This document shows, piece by piece, positions 10,932 to 24,610 of a DNA stretch of 46,030 bases. Positions within the stretch are counted from its first letter, which is position 1; each line of letters starts with the position of its first letter. The notes beneath the pieces were generated by a model, which saw nothing but the letters and a program-made list of their open reading frames with translations, ran no database searches and was not told the origin of the DNA. The stretch is from Octopus bimaculoides (taxonomy: Eukaryota), in assembly GCF_001194135.2 (NCBI RefSeq), contig NC_069005.1, positions 13,387,775-13,433,804 of the forward strand. Direction: 5' to 3'. The position numbers were made by a program, and so were the translations under genes.

Positions 10932-12198
10932 GGCGGCGAGCTGGCAGAAACGTTAGCATGCCGGGCGAAATGCTTAGCGGTATTTCATCTGCCACTACAT
11001 TCTGAGTTCAAATTCCGCCGAGGTCGCCTATACCTTTCATCCTTTCGGGGTCGATTAAATAAGTACCAGTTACTCATTGGGGTCGATATAATTGAATTAA
11101 TCCGTTTGTCTGTCCTTGTTTGTCTCCTCTGTGTGTATCCCCGTGTGGGCAGTAAAGAAATAAGAAACGTTAGCAAGCCGGACGAAATGCTTAGCGGTAT
11201 TTCATCTGTCTTTACGTTCCGAGTTCAAATTCCGCCGAGGTCGACTTTGCTTCTCACCCTTTCGAGGTCAATAAATTAAGTACCAGCTGCTTACTGGGGA
11301 GTCGATCAAATCGACTGGCCCCCCTGCCCCCCAAAACATTTCAGGCCTTGTGCCTAAAGTAGAAAAGAAAAGAATATCTGCATATTTTAAAGGCGGTGAG
11401 CTGGCAGAATCGTCAGCACGCCGGGCGAAATGCTTAACGATATTTCGTCTGTCTTTACGTTCTGAGTTCAAACTCTGCCGAGGCCGACTTTGCCTTTCAT
11501 CCTTTCGGGGTCGATAAATAAATACCAGTTACGTACTGGGGCCGATCTAATCGACTGGCCCTCTCCCCCAAAATTTCGGACCCTGTGCCTAGAGTAGAAG
11601 AGAATATGTCGGAAACTGCTTAGCTGCATTTCTTCCGGAGCTTTACATTCTGAGTTCAAATTGCGTCATGGTAAACTTTGCCATACATCCTTTTCAGGTC
11701 GATAATATATGTAACAGACAAGTATGGAGCTCGGTGTAATCAGCCAGAAAGTCCCTCTCTTCAAAATCTCCGGCCTTGTGCCAAATTAGAGTTATTAAGG
11801 AGGAGGCAGGCAGACAAAACCGTTAGCGTGTCGGACAAAATGCTTACTGATGTTTTCTTTCGGCTCTTTATATTCTGAGTTCTAATCTTATCGACATCGA
11901 CAGTCGATAAAATAAGAAGCAGTCCACTCAGTGCTTGAATCGATGTAATCAACTTGCCTCCGAATTATTTAGAAAGGCGTTGAGCTGGCAGAATCGTTAG
12001 GGGCGTCGGACAAAATACTTAGCAGCATTACTTCCAGCTGTTTACGTTCTGAGTTCAAATGCCGTCGAGGTCGACTTGAATTTTCATTTTCCTCGAGATT
12101 GAAAAAATAAATAGCAGTCAAGCACTAGGATTAATATAATCGACGAAACTTCATCTCCTCAAAATTGCTGGCCCTGTGCCAAAATTTGAAACCATTAT
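10932..12198 (+). mobile_element. Head-to-tail array of six family A SINEs
   Basis: Copies at about 10932-11164, 11164-11377, 11391-11607, 11608-11800, 11810-11965 and 11974-12198. Each has a GAGTTC(A)AAT B-box-like motif. Divergence is uneven and three tail types occur. Confidence 0.9.
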
Positions 12199-12479
12199 GA
12201 ACGAAACTATTATTAGCGGTAGGAATTTGGCAAAGAAGTTGGGTAAGTGTATACACACGTACGTATGTAAATACATAAATAGATGGTATTTAAAAGGAAA
12301 TCTGGAATCAAAAGAGAATATTGAATCCAAAAGCTAGAAGCTGTTGCTATATTCGAACATGGTGGCAAATCCCAGCTAGTTCTAATCTGACGTTAATCCA
12401 AGTGGAAAATCTTTGAAGAAGCTACGATGAAGACATTAGTTTTCCGTATTATTCTTCAAATAGTGCGCTACCACACACG

Positions 12480-13700
<1,221 letters not shown>

Positions 13701-14408
13701 GTGGTCGTGTTTATGTAAGTGTAAAACCATTCTCTCTCATAATCATCCTCTCACAAAGAGTGAAAGGACGGTTATGAGTGGGAGGCAGAGAAAGACGGAG
13801 TAAGCATGAGTATGTATTTGGGGAAGAATGACAGAGAGGATTTAAGTAATGGAGAGAGAAACAACAGAGACACAAACAGACAGTCAACAAACAGACGTAC
13901 AGTCAGTGTGTGTGCGTATGTGTATGTGTGTATGTGTGTGTGCATGTGTGTGAAAGAATAAAATAATATGGAGTGAAAGCATCATAGATAGATATAGCGA
14001 ATTGTTTGATGAGTTTACTTAGAGAATAGCACCTCTCTAATCAGATGAAGCTGTCCAATCATATCCGATACTGCATTTGAAGGTGGTGTCTAGCAAATAT
14101 ACTCCCTCCGTAACAGTATGAGAAGCAAAATACTTCAAAAGTGCAAAGGACACATTAATAGCCGTAAGAAACGTAATTTATGTATTGCTGAGAAGAGACT
14201 AATATTGAAGTATTTAAAACAAGTAGGTATCTACCTTAATTCCAAATTCGAAGTGAACGGAAATGTAGGCATAAAGGAAAGTTTATCTTGAGATCTTGGG
14301 ATTAATGGGTGGGTAATGTAAGTATTACCTGCTTGGAACAGTCTGCAGCCAATAACAATCGTATTTTAACAGTAGATTAATTAACTCTATCGCGCGCGCG
14401 CGCATAAA

Positions 14409-14450
14409 TTCCTGAAGATCCTGTGCAATGACAGGTGAAACTCAGTAAGA
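14409..14450 (+). ncRNA. Compact hammerhead-like motif, stem I imperfect
   Basis: CTGAAGA 14412-14418; stem II CCTGT/ACAGG; GAAAC 14437-14441; loop TCA; GTA 14445-14447. Confidence 0.55.
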
Positions 14451-14477
14451 GATTGACTCAACCAAAATATGTGTGTG

Positions 14478-14516
<39 letters not shown>

Positions 14517-14618
14517 GCATGTAGTGTGTCATTAGCAAGAATATACTTAAAATGTTTATCGTTGGCGACAAAATTCATTTATAGACGTAGTGTTAATTAT
14601 GCCGCGAAATAACACTTT

Positions 14619-14828
14619 CTAATTTTAGCATAAGGCCAGGAAATTTTGTGAGGAAGGGGCAAGTGAATTACATGAACCCTAGTGCTTGACTGGTACTTAT
14701 TTTATTGACACTTACAGGATTAGAAGCAAAGTTAACCTCGGCGGAATTTGAACTCATTACACAAAGAGTTGGAAGAAATACCGCTTAGCATTTTGCCCGG
14801 TGTGCAAATGATTCTAAGAACTCGCCAT
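14619..14828 (-). mobile_element. Family A SINE, old copy
   Basis: CTCGGCGGAATTTGAACTC and GAAATACCGCTTAGCATTTTGCCCGG match the reverse-complement head. Confidence 0.8.
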
Positions 14829-15792
14829 CTTTTTACGCCGACAAATTATAATAAAAGTATGTATGTATGTATATATGTATGTATGTTTTGTTCAAGTCAT
14901 TGTTTGACCGTGACGATATGTTCTCGACTAGAATACTTTCCCTTACGCCAATGCATGAATACAAATGTTTCTAGTGATTTTTTTAACCACTATAAACATT
15001 TAATGTCTTGGGTTTTGTTTGTCTTTGGTGTGCAGCTATATATGTATAACTGAAGGTCTGTCAATGTCCGTGAATTTAAACTTCATCTGTATGAGACCAC
15101 TGAAATAGAGCGGATACATTGGTTAGTGTATTGTGAATAAAACTGTATGAAAAGGTGGGATAGCCACAGCTAGAACGCTTCAAATCGTTGATCTACACTA
15201 TATGTGTGGATCGAGAGCAAAAGCAACAACCTTGTTCGAATTCTGTGAATATTTATTAGCGACAGATGCAGTATTAATAACGGAAGGTAATATCTAACCC
15301 CTTTTAAATGCGAAAGTTGTGTTAGAACAAACTATACTGTGGTAGATTCCATGAAGGAGACTCTCATATTGGCTTCTGGTGCAAAATACACACTTGATTA
15401 TATTGCTAGCAGGAAGATAAATTACCCGCGACCTCCAGCGCCGAGACCACTAGATCACGAGATTTCGACTTTCCTGGGTCTTGTCAATGATGGTCGCTCG
15501 ACCGCTGGAGAAAGCAATGAGTCATCTCTCCACAAGTGATATATAAAACAACAGTACCAGAACAGGAACTGGTGCCGTGATTAGCCAGTGAGCGTCTGTG
15601 AACGACAGTGCCCCTATTTTAACACTCTAGCTATTAGAAATAGGGAAATAAGTCACCTCTATTTAAATTTACATCGTGTTGTCCGAACTAAAATTTAAAA
15701 AAGATAATTTAGTCAAAGAAAATTGTATTTGGGAAAATGAGAATGTGATTGTTAGAATGTCTTAGATAACGGCACTAACGGATAAAGGTTGA

Positions 15793-15811
15793 TACAGGAC
15801 TATCCAACAAC

Positions 15812-15884
<73 letters not shown>

Positions 15885-16116
15885 AAGTATCAATGATATT
15901 AGTCATGATAATAAAGTCTCTTCATCTTCAGAGACTTGGTTAGAATTGGCCGGTGGAGTTGGGGACTGCAAGACCCAACCATTCACATCAGCAAAGACAG
16001 CTACGACAAAAGTAACTTCATCTCCACTGCACACCAGCATATTATGCTACGTGTGTGGGTTGTTGAAACCTATCCCACTCAGTTTAGTGCTATCTTTCAA
16101 ATCAATAGGCAATTGA
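15793..16116 (+). CDS. Possible host coding exon: Asn23 tract, Ser/Thr-rich segment, CYVCG. Unproven.
   Basis: Stop-free frame 15793-16113 with no ATG: YRTIQQH-N23-KSINDISHDNKVSSSSETWLELAGGVGDCKTQPFTSAKTATTKVTSSPLHTSILCYVCG... Splice sites are weak. Confidence 0.25.
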
Positions 16117-16218
16117 TATACATTATGTAGTCTTAATAATAGCGTTTCTCGGTTTAGTACGCCTCGTTTAACGATAGACAAGTACAAAGAAAAGTGGACA
16201 TGGGAATGCATATGCGTG

Positions 16219-16309
<91 letters not shown>

Positions 16310-17411
16310 NNNNNNNNNNNNNNNNNNNNNNNNNNNNNNNNNNNNNNNNNNNNNNNNNNNNNNNNNNNNNNNNNNNNNNNNNNNNNNNNNNNNNNNNNNN
16401 NNNNNNNNNNNNNNNNNNNNNNNNNNNNNNNNNNNNNNNNNNNNNNNNNNNNNNNNNNNNNNNNNNNNNNNNNNNNNNNNNNNNNNNNNNNNNNNNNNNN
16501 NNNNNNNNNNNNNNNNNNNNNNNNNNNNNNNNNNNNNNNNNNNNNNNNNNNNNNNNNNNNNNNNNNNNNNNNNNNNNNNNNNNNNNNNNNNNNNNNNNNN
16601 NNNNNNNNNNNNNNNNNNNNNNNNNNNNNNNNNNNNNNNNNNNNNNNNNNNNNNNNNNNNNNNNNNNNNNNNNNNNNNNNNNNNNNNNNNNNNNNNNNNN
16701 NNNNNNNNNNNNNNNNNNNNNNNNNNNNNNNNNNNNNNNNNNNNNNNNNNNNNNNNNNNNNNNNNNNNNNNNNNNNNNNNNNNNNNNNNNNNNNNNNNNN
16801 NNNNNNNNNNNNNNNNNNNNNNNNNNNNNNNNNNNNNNNNNNNNNNNNNNNNNNNNNNNNNNNNNNNNNNNNNNNNNNNNNNNNNNNNNNNNNNNNNNNN
16901 NNNNNNNNNNNNNNNNNNNNNNNNNNNNNNNNNNNNNNNNNNNNNNNNNNNNNNNNNNNNNNNNNNNNNNNNNNNNNNNNNNNNNNNNNNNNNNNNNNNN
17001 NNNNNNNNNNNNNNNNNNNNNNNNNNNNNNNNNNNNNNNNNNNNNNNNNNNNNNNNNNNNNNNNNNNNNNNNNNNNNNNNNNNNNNNNNNNNNNNNNNNN
17101 NNNNNNNNNNNNNNNNNNNNNNNNNNNNNNNNNNNNNNNNNNNNNNNNNNNNNNNNNNNNNNNNNNNNNNNNNNNNNNNNNNNNNNNNNNNNNNNNNNNN
17201 NNNNNNNNNNNNNNNNNNNNNNNNNNNNNNNNNNNNNNNNNNNNNNNNNNNNNNNNNNNNNNNNNNNNNNNNNNNNNNNNNNNATATATATATATATATA
17301 TATATAATGATCTTAAGACAACTGAATATAGTGTTTTTCAACGTCTTACTAGCCTGTGTGTGTACATATACATACAAGCATGAATACATAATCAATATAT
17401 ACATACATACA

Positions 17412-17444
<33 letters not shown>

Positions 17445-17884
17445 GCGTGCATACTTACTTACATACATAGGCACGTACGAATATACACACAGATAAATAT
17501 ATATAACAAAATATACATGCAAAAATAACGATAAAATGATCTGAGAGAAAATAAATGAACAGAAATAAAAAAGAAATAACGTTTTTCATTTGCGTCTCTG
17601 ACATTTTTATGTCAATGAACTGCACCAGAATTTTCCGAATATAAATATAAATGAACTTTACGCCAAGCACAACCTCGAGACATACAAGAAATGTCAACCA
17701 TCGATTGTGGAAGGTCACTGGATTAAACAGGAAGGGTTTTTGTTTTTTTTAGTTCTTATTTTGGATACGAAGGGATTAAGAATGTGAAGGAATGTAAGAA
17801 ATACAGACGGTAATGTTGGTATGGGTGTGGTCGTTGTGGTCGTCGTATGGTGGTAGTAATGGTGGTAGTGTTGTTGTTATTTTC

Positions 17885-17960
17885 CTTCTCCTTCTTCTTT
17901 TTCTTCTTCTTCTTCTTCTTCTTCTTCTCCTTCTTCTTCTTCTTCTTCTTCTTATTATTA

Positions 17961-18036
<76 letters not shown>

Positions 18037-18043
18037 CATTATT
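17885..18043. repeat. (CTT)n followed by (ATT)n, the left flank of the Tx1-like LINE
   Basis: Seen directly in the sequence. Confidence 0.95.
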
Positions 18044-21000
18044 TATTCATTGTGGAAGCATGCGTGTTTTCTTGCTCGGAAATTTATCGTTTTAATCTGT
18101 GTCTCCAAAAGTTGTTAATTGTTTTTATTTTGTTACAAGACGCTTGTTAGAAACACCATAATTGCATAGGTTTGGCTTGTTCGTTTGTTTGTGTCCCTTT
18201 GGAGGCACAATTTCGAAAAGAAAATTTCCATTCTGTTGCGGGGAAATATAATATCATAAACAGACATGGCGACGTCAGTCCTGCTAAAAGGCATGGAAGA
18301 GGTAATAAGATAGCTTTGATAGTGGATTGCAAGACTCTCTACCTTCTACCCTCAAATGGAAGGGAAGGTGAATACTCACCACGTTCAACGTACAGTGGAC
18401 TACACTATCAATGCTTACAACAAACAGCAGCAGCAACAACGACAATGGCAATACAGCACGAAGATTTAATTGAGTTGCCTGCAATGTATGAGACACTACC
18501 AAACACATTGACTAACAGCGACAACAATAAGACTACGAGCACGGCCATTACCTGCTCCGCCATCACCACTGCAAAAAATATGATAGATTAAATAAACAAA
18601 AACAACAGTAGCCTCGATAACTTAAACGGTAACGATAGTTCCATTGTGAATAACGAGGATACCATCAACAACAGTAACAAAAATAATATATTCGCAGGAA
18701 CGGCTGCGAAAGGCACAGAGTTATATAGAAAGGACATACTACCAACGGATATAGTCTGGCCCAAGCGGCCACACTGTTAAAGCTGGAAAAAGCGTGGATG
18801 GAAACTGCCGTTCCCGTTCCCGAAGTGTTGGCATGAACACATAAAAAGCCGTGATTTGTAAATGTGTTTTTGTAAACACCAAGCAGCCGGGGACAGCTAG
18901 CCAGGCAGATGTGCACTGAAAATGATAATGCGCGATATTCAGCATAACTCGAGAGCCAAGCAGTTTGCCGGCATTTCAGTGCTCTTCGTGACTCAAACTC
19001 CGACAAATGTTCCGTGGTTCTCTGTCGGAGCGAAAAATATATGCACCATCCATCGTTTTTAGGAAAGAGGACAGTAAGGGTAAAAATCTCAGGAATTCCA
19101 CGGGAAGTCAATTTGTAGTGGATATTAGCATGTATCGTTTTGGAAGAATGTAACAGCCTCCTAGAGATGAAGCGGAGACGTCGTGAAATTGATATGGGAT
19201 CAATGTGGAGATGTTACTCCACATTAAACCAGACACACTCCATAAGATCTCAAACGTCATTTGCCTTCCGTCATTTGCATGTTACGGTTGAGGGTAGAAA
19301 GCCACGCTGACTCGAACAAAAGACAGGAAGCCAAAGAACGCTCTTACTGCCAACGCTCGGTCCCCAAGAGTCACAACAGCGACACTAGAAACAATCAACA
19401 ACAAAAGCGGCACCGACCCCGGGCAATGACGGCATCATAAACAGCAACAGGAACAGCAAAATCAGCAAATGCTGCAAGAACATCGACAACAGCAACACCA
19501 ACAACGCCAGCAGTGACGCCACCACTACCGCCTTCAATAGTAGAAAGAATAATAATAACGGACAGACACGCCACCTATGGGCTCTCTTAACGAAGCTCTC
19601 TCTCTCTCTCTCTCTCTCCTTCCCGCTCCCCGTTCCAAACGCAAATACATACATAGACTTGTACCCTGCCTCCACAAATATAGATACGTCTGCATCAGAT
19701 ATTGAAAATGAGAGAGAACCCCCAACAACCAGAAACAAATAAAAGTAAAACACAATAAATCATCATGCTCCACACGAACACATGCACAAAAAAAAACAAA
19801 GAAAACACAGCCACAACAGTCACAGACACCCATACAGCAACACCGATGCCACCAGCACTGCAATCGTCAATACATCCACCGCTGTTACAACCAGCTCCAC
19901 CAACAAACACTACCACAGCTGCAACAAACCACGAAACGAAAATATCTCCAGCAGCAGCAGCAACCAACCACGCAAACACAAAACTTCGTTTTCTAGTGAG
20001 GAGGGCTAACAAAGAATTGATGACCCTCATAGCACGAAGGAAGGACGTCGAGAGCAAGGTTGAGTTCTTCAGCACCAGAACCGTTCAAGTCCCAGAAAAC
20101 TAATGATGGTGCCTCTGGTATCATATGAAAACATTAGAGAGAACTTCCATTACAACGTTGGGGCCCCCAATGTCAAAACCACGAATAGGCTTTTAAAAGG
20201 GGTACCCAAAGGAACTCCAACAAGTTATGGAGGTTGAACCACATGACCTCTAGCGGGACTCGGTAAGTAGACCCCTTTCCTTTGCTTCGTCTCCAAACTC
20301 TCTCGGGTCACTATTTAAGAGTGGATTGTATAAATCTTCGTGGTTTGGGGTCACTCTGAAAGCAAGGTCACCTGCTCAGTGACCTCAGGACATTATCTAT
20401 GGATGTGACAGCCTTCAGTGAAACCAGGATTTCCGACATACACGGTCTTTTCAACGATTTCGAGATTTGCAATGGGAGGTGGGATGGCAGCGCTGTTAAG
20501 GAAAGGTCTGGACAGGGATGGGGCTAACCGATAGGAGCGAGGAGTGTAAAAGCACAAGAAACTCAGCCGCTTCCAAGTGACTGACACTGACCGACTTGAT
20601 TTCTTGAATGTTCCAATTTGGACACGGGCAAACAGCATCGGATCTTCCAGAGTGATTTGTAGGCCTTAAGATGGATGTAGCATAAATTCTCCACAATTCA
20701 AAGTCGTTGGCTACACAAACCACAAATTTGTGTTCTGTACGGCTAACACAGATAGGATCCATAGACAAGGCCCCGGACACTGGGAACTGAATGCATCTTT
20801 CCCGGCATGACAAGCTTTCAGAGACCGGGTTAGCAAGTTAGTCCTTCGGAAGTTGTCGGGAGCAATCGTAAACAACCGATGATAATTTTGTTGAAAAGTA
20901 AGTAAACGTGGCGTGGATGGCCCGTGTGAATGGAAATGGCGAGGATGGCCCGTGTGAATACCCGTGAGTATGCGTCTGTAGGCCGGAGAGAACGGAGAGG

Positions 21001-21223
21001 AGAGGGATAGTTGCCCACGGATTGCCTGAAGTTCAGGGTGTCCAGGATGAGCAGGGTTCTTTGATTGCCCCTGGACCGAGCTTCTCTCTTTTGGGGAATT
21101 CTATTGTTCGAATTATTGTTATTTTATTGTTTGTTTTTTTTTACTCTTTACACTCACTTTATATAAATTCCCACTTGTGGTCTATCGTCCTCCGTTTTTG
21201 TGTGCCCGTGTGATCAATAAAGA
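18044..21223 (+). mobile_element. L1/Tx1-like LINE: 5'UTR, decayed ORF1, APE endonuclease and 3'UTR; RT internally deleted
   Basis: Likely ORF1 start ATGGCG at 18266 and remnant FLGKRTVRVKISGIP. Endonuclease RVDCINLRGL...DVTAFSETR (from about 20320), YTNHK, QGPGHWELNAS. A jump near 20880 leads to a putative ORF2 end (VNVAWMARVN). AATAAA at 21216-21221. 12-bp TSD ATTATCATTATT at 18032-18043 and 21224-21235. Confidence 0.82.
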
Positions 21224-21227
21224 ATTA

Positions 21228-21313
<86 letters not shown>
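21224..21313. repeat. (ATT)n followed by (AGT)n, the right flank of the LINE
   Basis: Seen directly in the sequence. Confidence 0.95.
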
Positions 21314-21314
<1 letters not shown>

Positions 21315-21602
21315 TAGAAATACACACGTATGTATATATGAATATATATATATATATATATATTATACACAGATATACATACAAACATGCATACACGTAT
21401 TTGTATATTTATTATACGCAAGTTTCTTGATGTTAAATTGTGAATTGAAAATGATATTGCCTTTTGGGTGGAACATAATGTCAATAAATGAACAATATAT
21501 ACATGTGTGTGTGTGTGTTTGTCTGTGTCTGTGTCTGTGTGCGAGCATACATCTCTGTATATATGTGTGTGCGTGTGTGTGTGTATACGTATGCATATAC
21601 AT

Positions 21603-21638
<36 letters not shown>

Positions 21639-22167
21639 GTTGCATCTACATACATACAAAACTACATATACACATTATATATATATATTATGTCTACTTA
21701 CAGACATGTATTCATGTTTATACATATCCAGACATATTTTAAAAGCAAGAACATATGATATAAAAATAGCGGATATACAATTGAAAAATAACGCAAGGAA
21801 AAAGAAAGCAAAATATTAATTTTTTAAAAGAAAACGTTTAGTTTATTTGTGAACCGTAATGACTGATAGAGACATCAAACGTATTGTTGAACTGAGATTT
21901 AAACATACTTCTAATATTTTATTTTCAATTATAGCTTCCTTTTCTCCCGTCAATGCACAACGAACGTTAAAACTGGATTAAATTACAGGATACAAAGAAA
22001 AAATCTTAGAAACTTTGACAGATGGAGAAATGCAAATGGCTGACTCACGATATTAAGTTTAACTTCCTGTGCTAGAGAGTAGGAAAAGGGAGATATTTAT
22101 AGAGCTGATGATTGTTCGGTAATGGAAACGATGATGCAGATGTATTTTTTCATAATACTTTGTACAA

Positions 22168-22368
22168 TAAGCATAAGGCCTGAAATTTTTGTGGGGAGTG
22201 GTTTGTCGATTACATGGACCGCAGTATTCAACTGGTACGCACTTTATCGACTTCGAAGGGATGAAAGGCAAAGACGACCTAGGCGGTATTTGAACTCGGA
22301 AGGTAAAGTCGAAAGAAAAACAGCTAAGCATTTTGTACGGCGTGCAAAAGATTCTGCCAGCTTGCACC
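22168..22368 (-). mobile_element. Family A SINE
   Basis: GGATGAAAGGCAAAGACGACCTAGGCGGTATTTGAACTC and GATTCTGCCAGCT. Confidence 0.85.
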
Positions 22369-22764
22369 CATTCATTGCAATATGTACATGCGAGAATGGA
22401 TTTCCGTCAGTCTCGACGACGAATGTTCACGTTTTCTCCTATCAACTGGATTAACTGCTCATTGAAGTAGCAGCGTCTCTGGCTGAGTATTCGAAGCATA
22501 AGGTAACTTTTTGATGGTGAAGTGTAGGTTTAAATGAGTTTAAGTGTCTCGGCCCGACCAAAAGTCTTGTGAACGGATTCGGGAAAATTATATTACATAC
22601 ATGTAAGAGGACATATAAGTGGACATCCATTTTGCTAGAAGTAAACCACCAATGGTCTGACCACTAAGAAGAGATTGTTCTCAAGAAAATTCAGCAAACG
22701 CCAGAACGTAAGCGAGGAAGACAAATGAAAAGATACAAAATATAAAGATTAATCACAGACCGGT

Positions 22765-23636
22765 CCCCTCTGTGAGTCTCAACGTCTGTAGATCCTTTCT
22801 CACCACTTCGTCCCACGTCTTCCTGGGTCTAGCCCTTCTATATTATCCCTCTAGAATTAGAGATCGGCACTTCTTGATGCAACTGTCTTCATTCATACAC
22901 ATTGCATGTCTATGCCAGTGCAATATATTCTCTCTTGTTCGCTATATCTGATGCCTCGTATCCCAGTTTTTCCCTCAAATACTTACACATTGTCGTATAT
23001 ACACACTGACATTACCCATCCAGCAGAGCATAATGGCTTCATTTCATTCAAGCCTTCGCATGTCTTCAGTAGTCACAACCCATGTATCACTGCCATGTAG
23101 CATAGCTGTTCGTACATAGGCACCATACAACCTGCCTTTAACTCTCAAGGAGAGGCCATTCGCTACTAACAGAGGTAGCAGTTCTCTGAACTTCGCCCAG
23201 CCTATTGTTATTCTAGCAGCTATGCTTTCGGAACAACTAATTTGATCACAAAAGTAACGGAAACTGTCTACTACTTCTAAAGATCCCCTGTGACATTTGA
23301 GAGAGTCTAGTTTTTTATACATTTCGATGTTAGTTTTCCAATGATACCGCTGCACCTTTTATGTGTCCATAGCTTGCACTGAGTACACCTTATTGAGTTT
23401 CTCCTGATACCTTTTCTAGATATCGAGCAGGTCCATATTCCTGAAGGGTTCTGTGATTTGTCTGTTAACCTACTTATCAATACTTTGGTCTTTGTTAGAT
23501 TAACTCTAAGGCTCTTTGATTGCAGTCTGTGCTTCCATACCTGAAATTTCTTCTCTGGTAAGAACAAGGTCATCGGCATAGAGGAGCTCTCAAGGGCAAC
23601 CACTCTTAAATTCCTCAATTATAGCTTCGATGTACT
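22765..23636 (-). mobile_element. 5'-truncated RTE-clade LINE (end of RT plus C-terminus)
   Basis: ELLYADDLVL (YADD at 23569-23580), LRVNLTKTKV, CTQCKLWTHKRCS, WAKFRELLPLL...KGRLYGAYVRTAMLHGSDTW, RPRKTWDEVVRKDL. Confidence 0.9.
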
Positions 23637-23950
23637 GATTAGTATACATCTAATACATAATTCCTATCTACCTATCTTTCTCCCACTAGAGTGTATTTCC
23701 TCCCCTCGGTATTTGTCCAACTTTTGGAACTGCTAACATTCATTTTCCCCTCACAATGGATTACTATCTAACCGTTCTCTCTGATCATGGATGTACCTAA
23801 CGAATACTCAATCTCACTGGAGTTAACTGGACTTATTTGGATATCTCCCTCATCTCTGGACTTACAGAACCACAACTATTACTGATAACGAGCATTTATT
23901 CCACTGTTGCATATATTTAATCTGTCTCTATCTATCTATTTATCTATCTA

Positions 23951-24036
23951 TCTCCGATGACGGAACACTCAGCATATGGAGTCTTTGCTCTCCACGATGT
24001 TCCAACAGCTGAGATATTCCAGAAACAGCTGTCAGA
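23951..24036 (+). ncRNA. Hammerhead-like motif with core variant CCGAUGA
   Basis: Stem I TCT/AGA; CCGATGA 23954-23960; stem II GGAA/TTCC plus TCAGC/GCTGA; GAAAC 24022-24026; palindromic AC-AGCT-GT; GUC 24031-24033. Confidence 0.6.
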
Positions 24037-24372
24037 GACTATCTCTACCTTTCATTATATAATTACATTAAATTAAATGTTCGTCTTAAGTCATGCCAAT
24101 TTGTTTGCTTGTCTTTTTTACTTTAGCCTATACCTACTGGGTCAAAGGGAAAGCCACTTCGAGCCACTTTGGATAAGGCACTCACAAAACCACAGCTGCC
24201 ATTCACACTGGAATTTTAGTGGCGTACCTACTTGACCACTCAGAGTGTATACCTATTGGTTTGAGTCATTCTAACGAAAACCTCCTCGTATGTAATATAT
24301 ATCGTGTATGCCTATCAAATGTCTGCTATGCGACTAGTTACAAAGTCACACTTAAACGTCTTTGATTTTTCT

Positions 24373-24610
24373 TATTTCTTTATTGCCCGCAAGGGGCTAA
24401 ACATAGAGGGGACAAACAAGGACAGACAAAGGGATTAAATCGATTACATCGACCCCTGTGCGTAACTGGTACTTAATTTATCGACCCCGAAAGGATGAAA
24501 GGCAAAGTCGACCTCGGCGGAATTTGAACTCAGAACGTAACGGCAGACGAAATACCGCTAAGCATTTCGCCCGTCGTGCTAACGTTCCTGCCAGCTCGCC
24601 GCCAGCTCAT
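24373..24610 (-). mobile_element. Young, near full-length family A SINE (tail type 1) with TSD
   Basis: Intact head GGCGGCGAGCTGGCAG and B-box. 16-bp TSD CGTCTTT(G/A)ATTTTTCT at 24357-24372 and 24611-24626. Confidence 0.92.

Noticed and set aside
10932-12198. CRISPR-like repeat array
   Set aside because: Units are about 200-bp diverged SINEs without unique spacers; the context is eukaryotic and there are no cas genes.
18172-20103. Host gene with low-complexity Thr/Asn/Ala-rich ORFs
   Set aside because: These lie within the Tx1-like LINE, directly upstream of its endonuclease, and are best explained as decayed ORF1.
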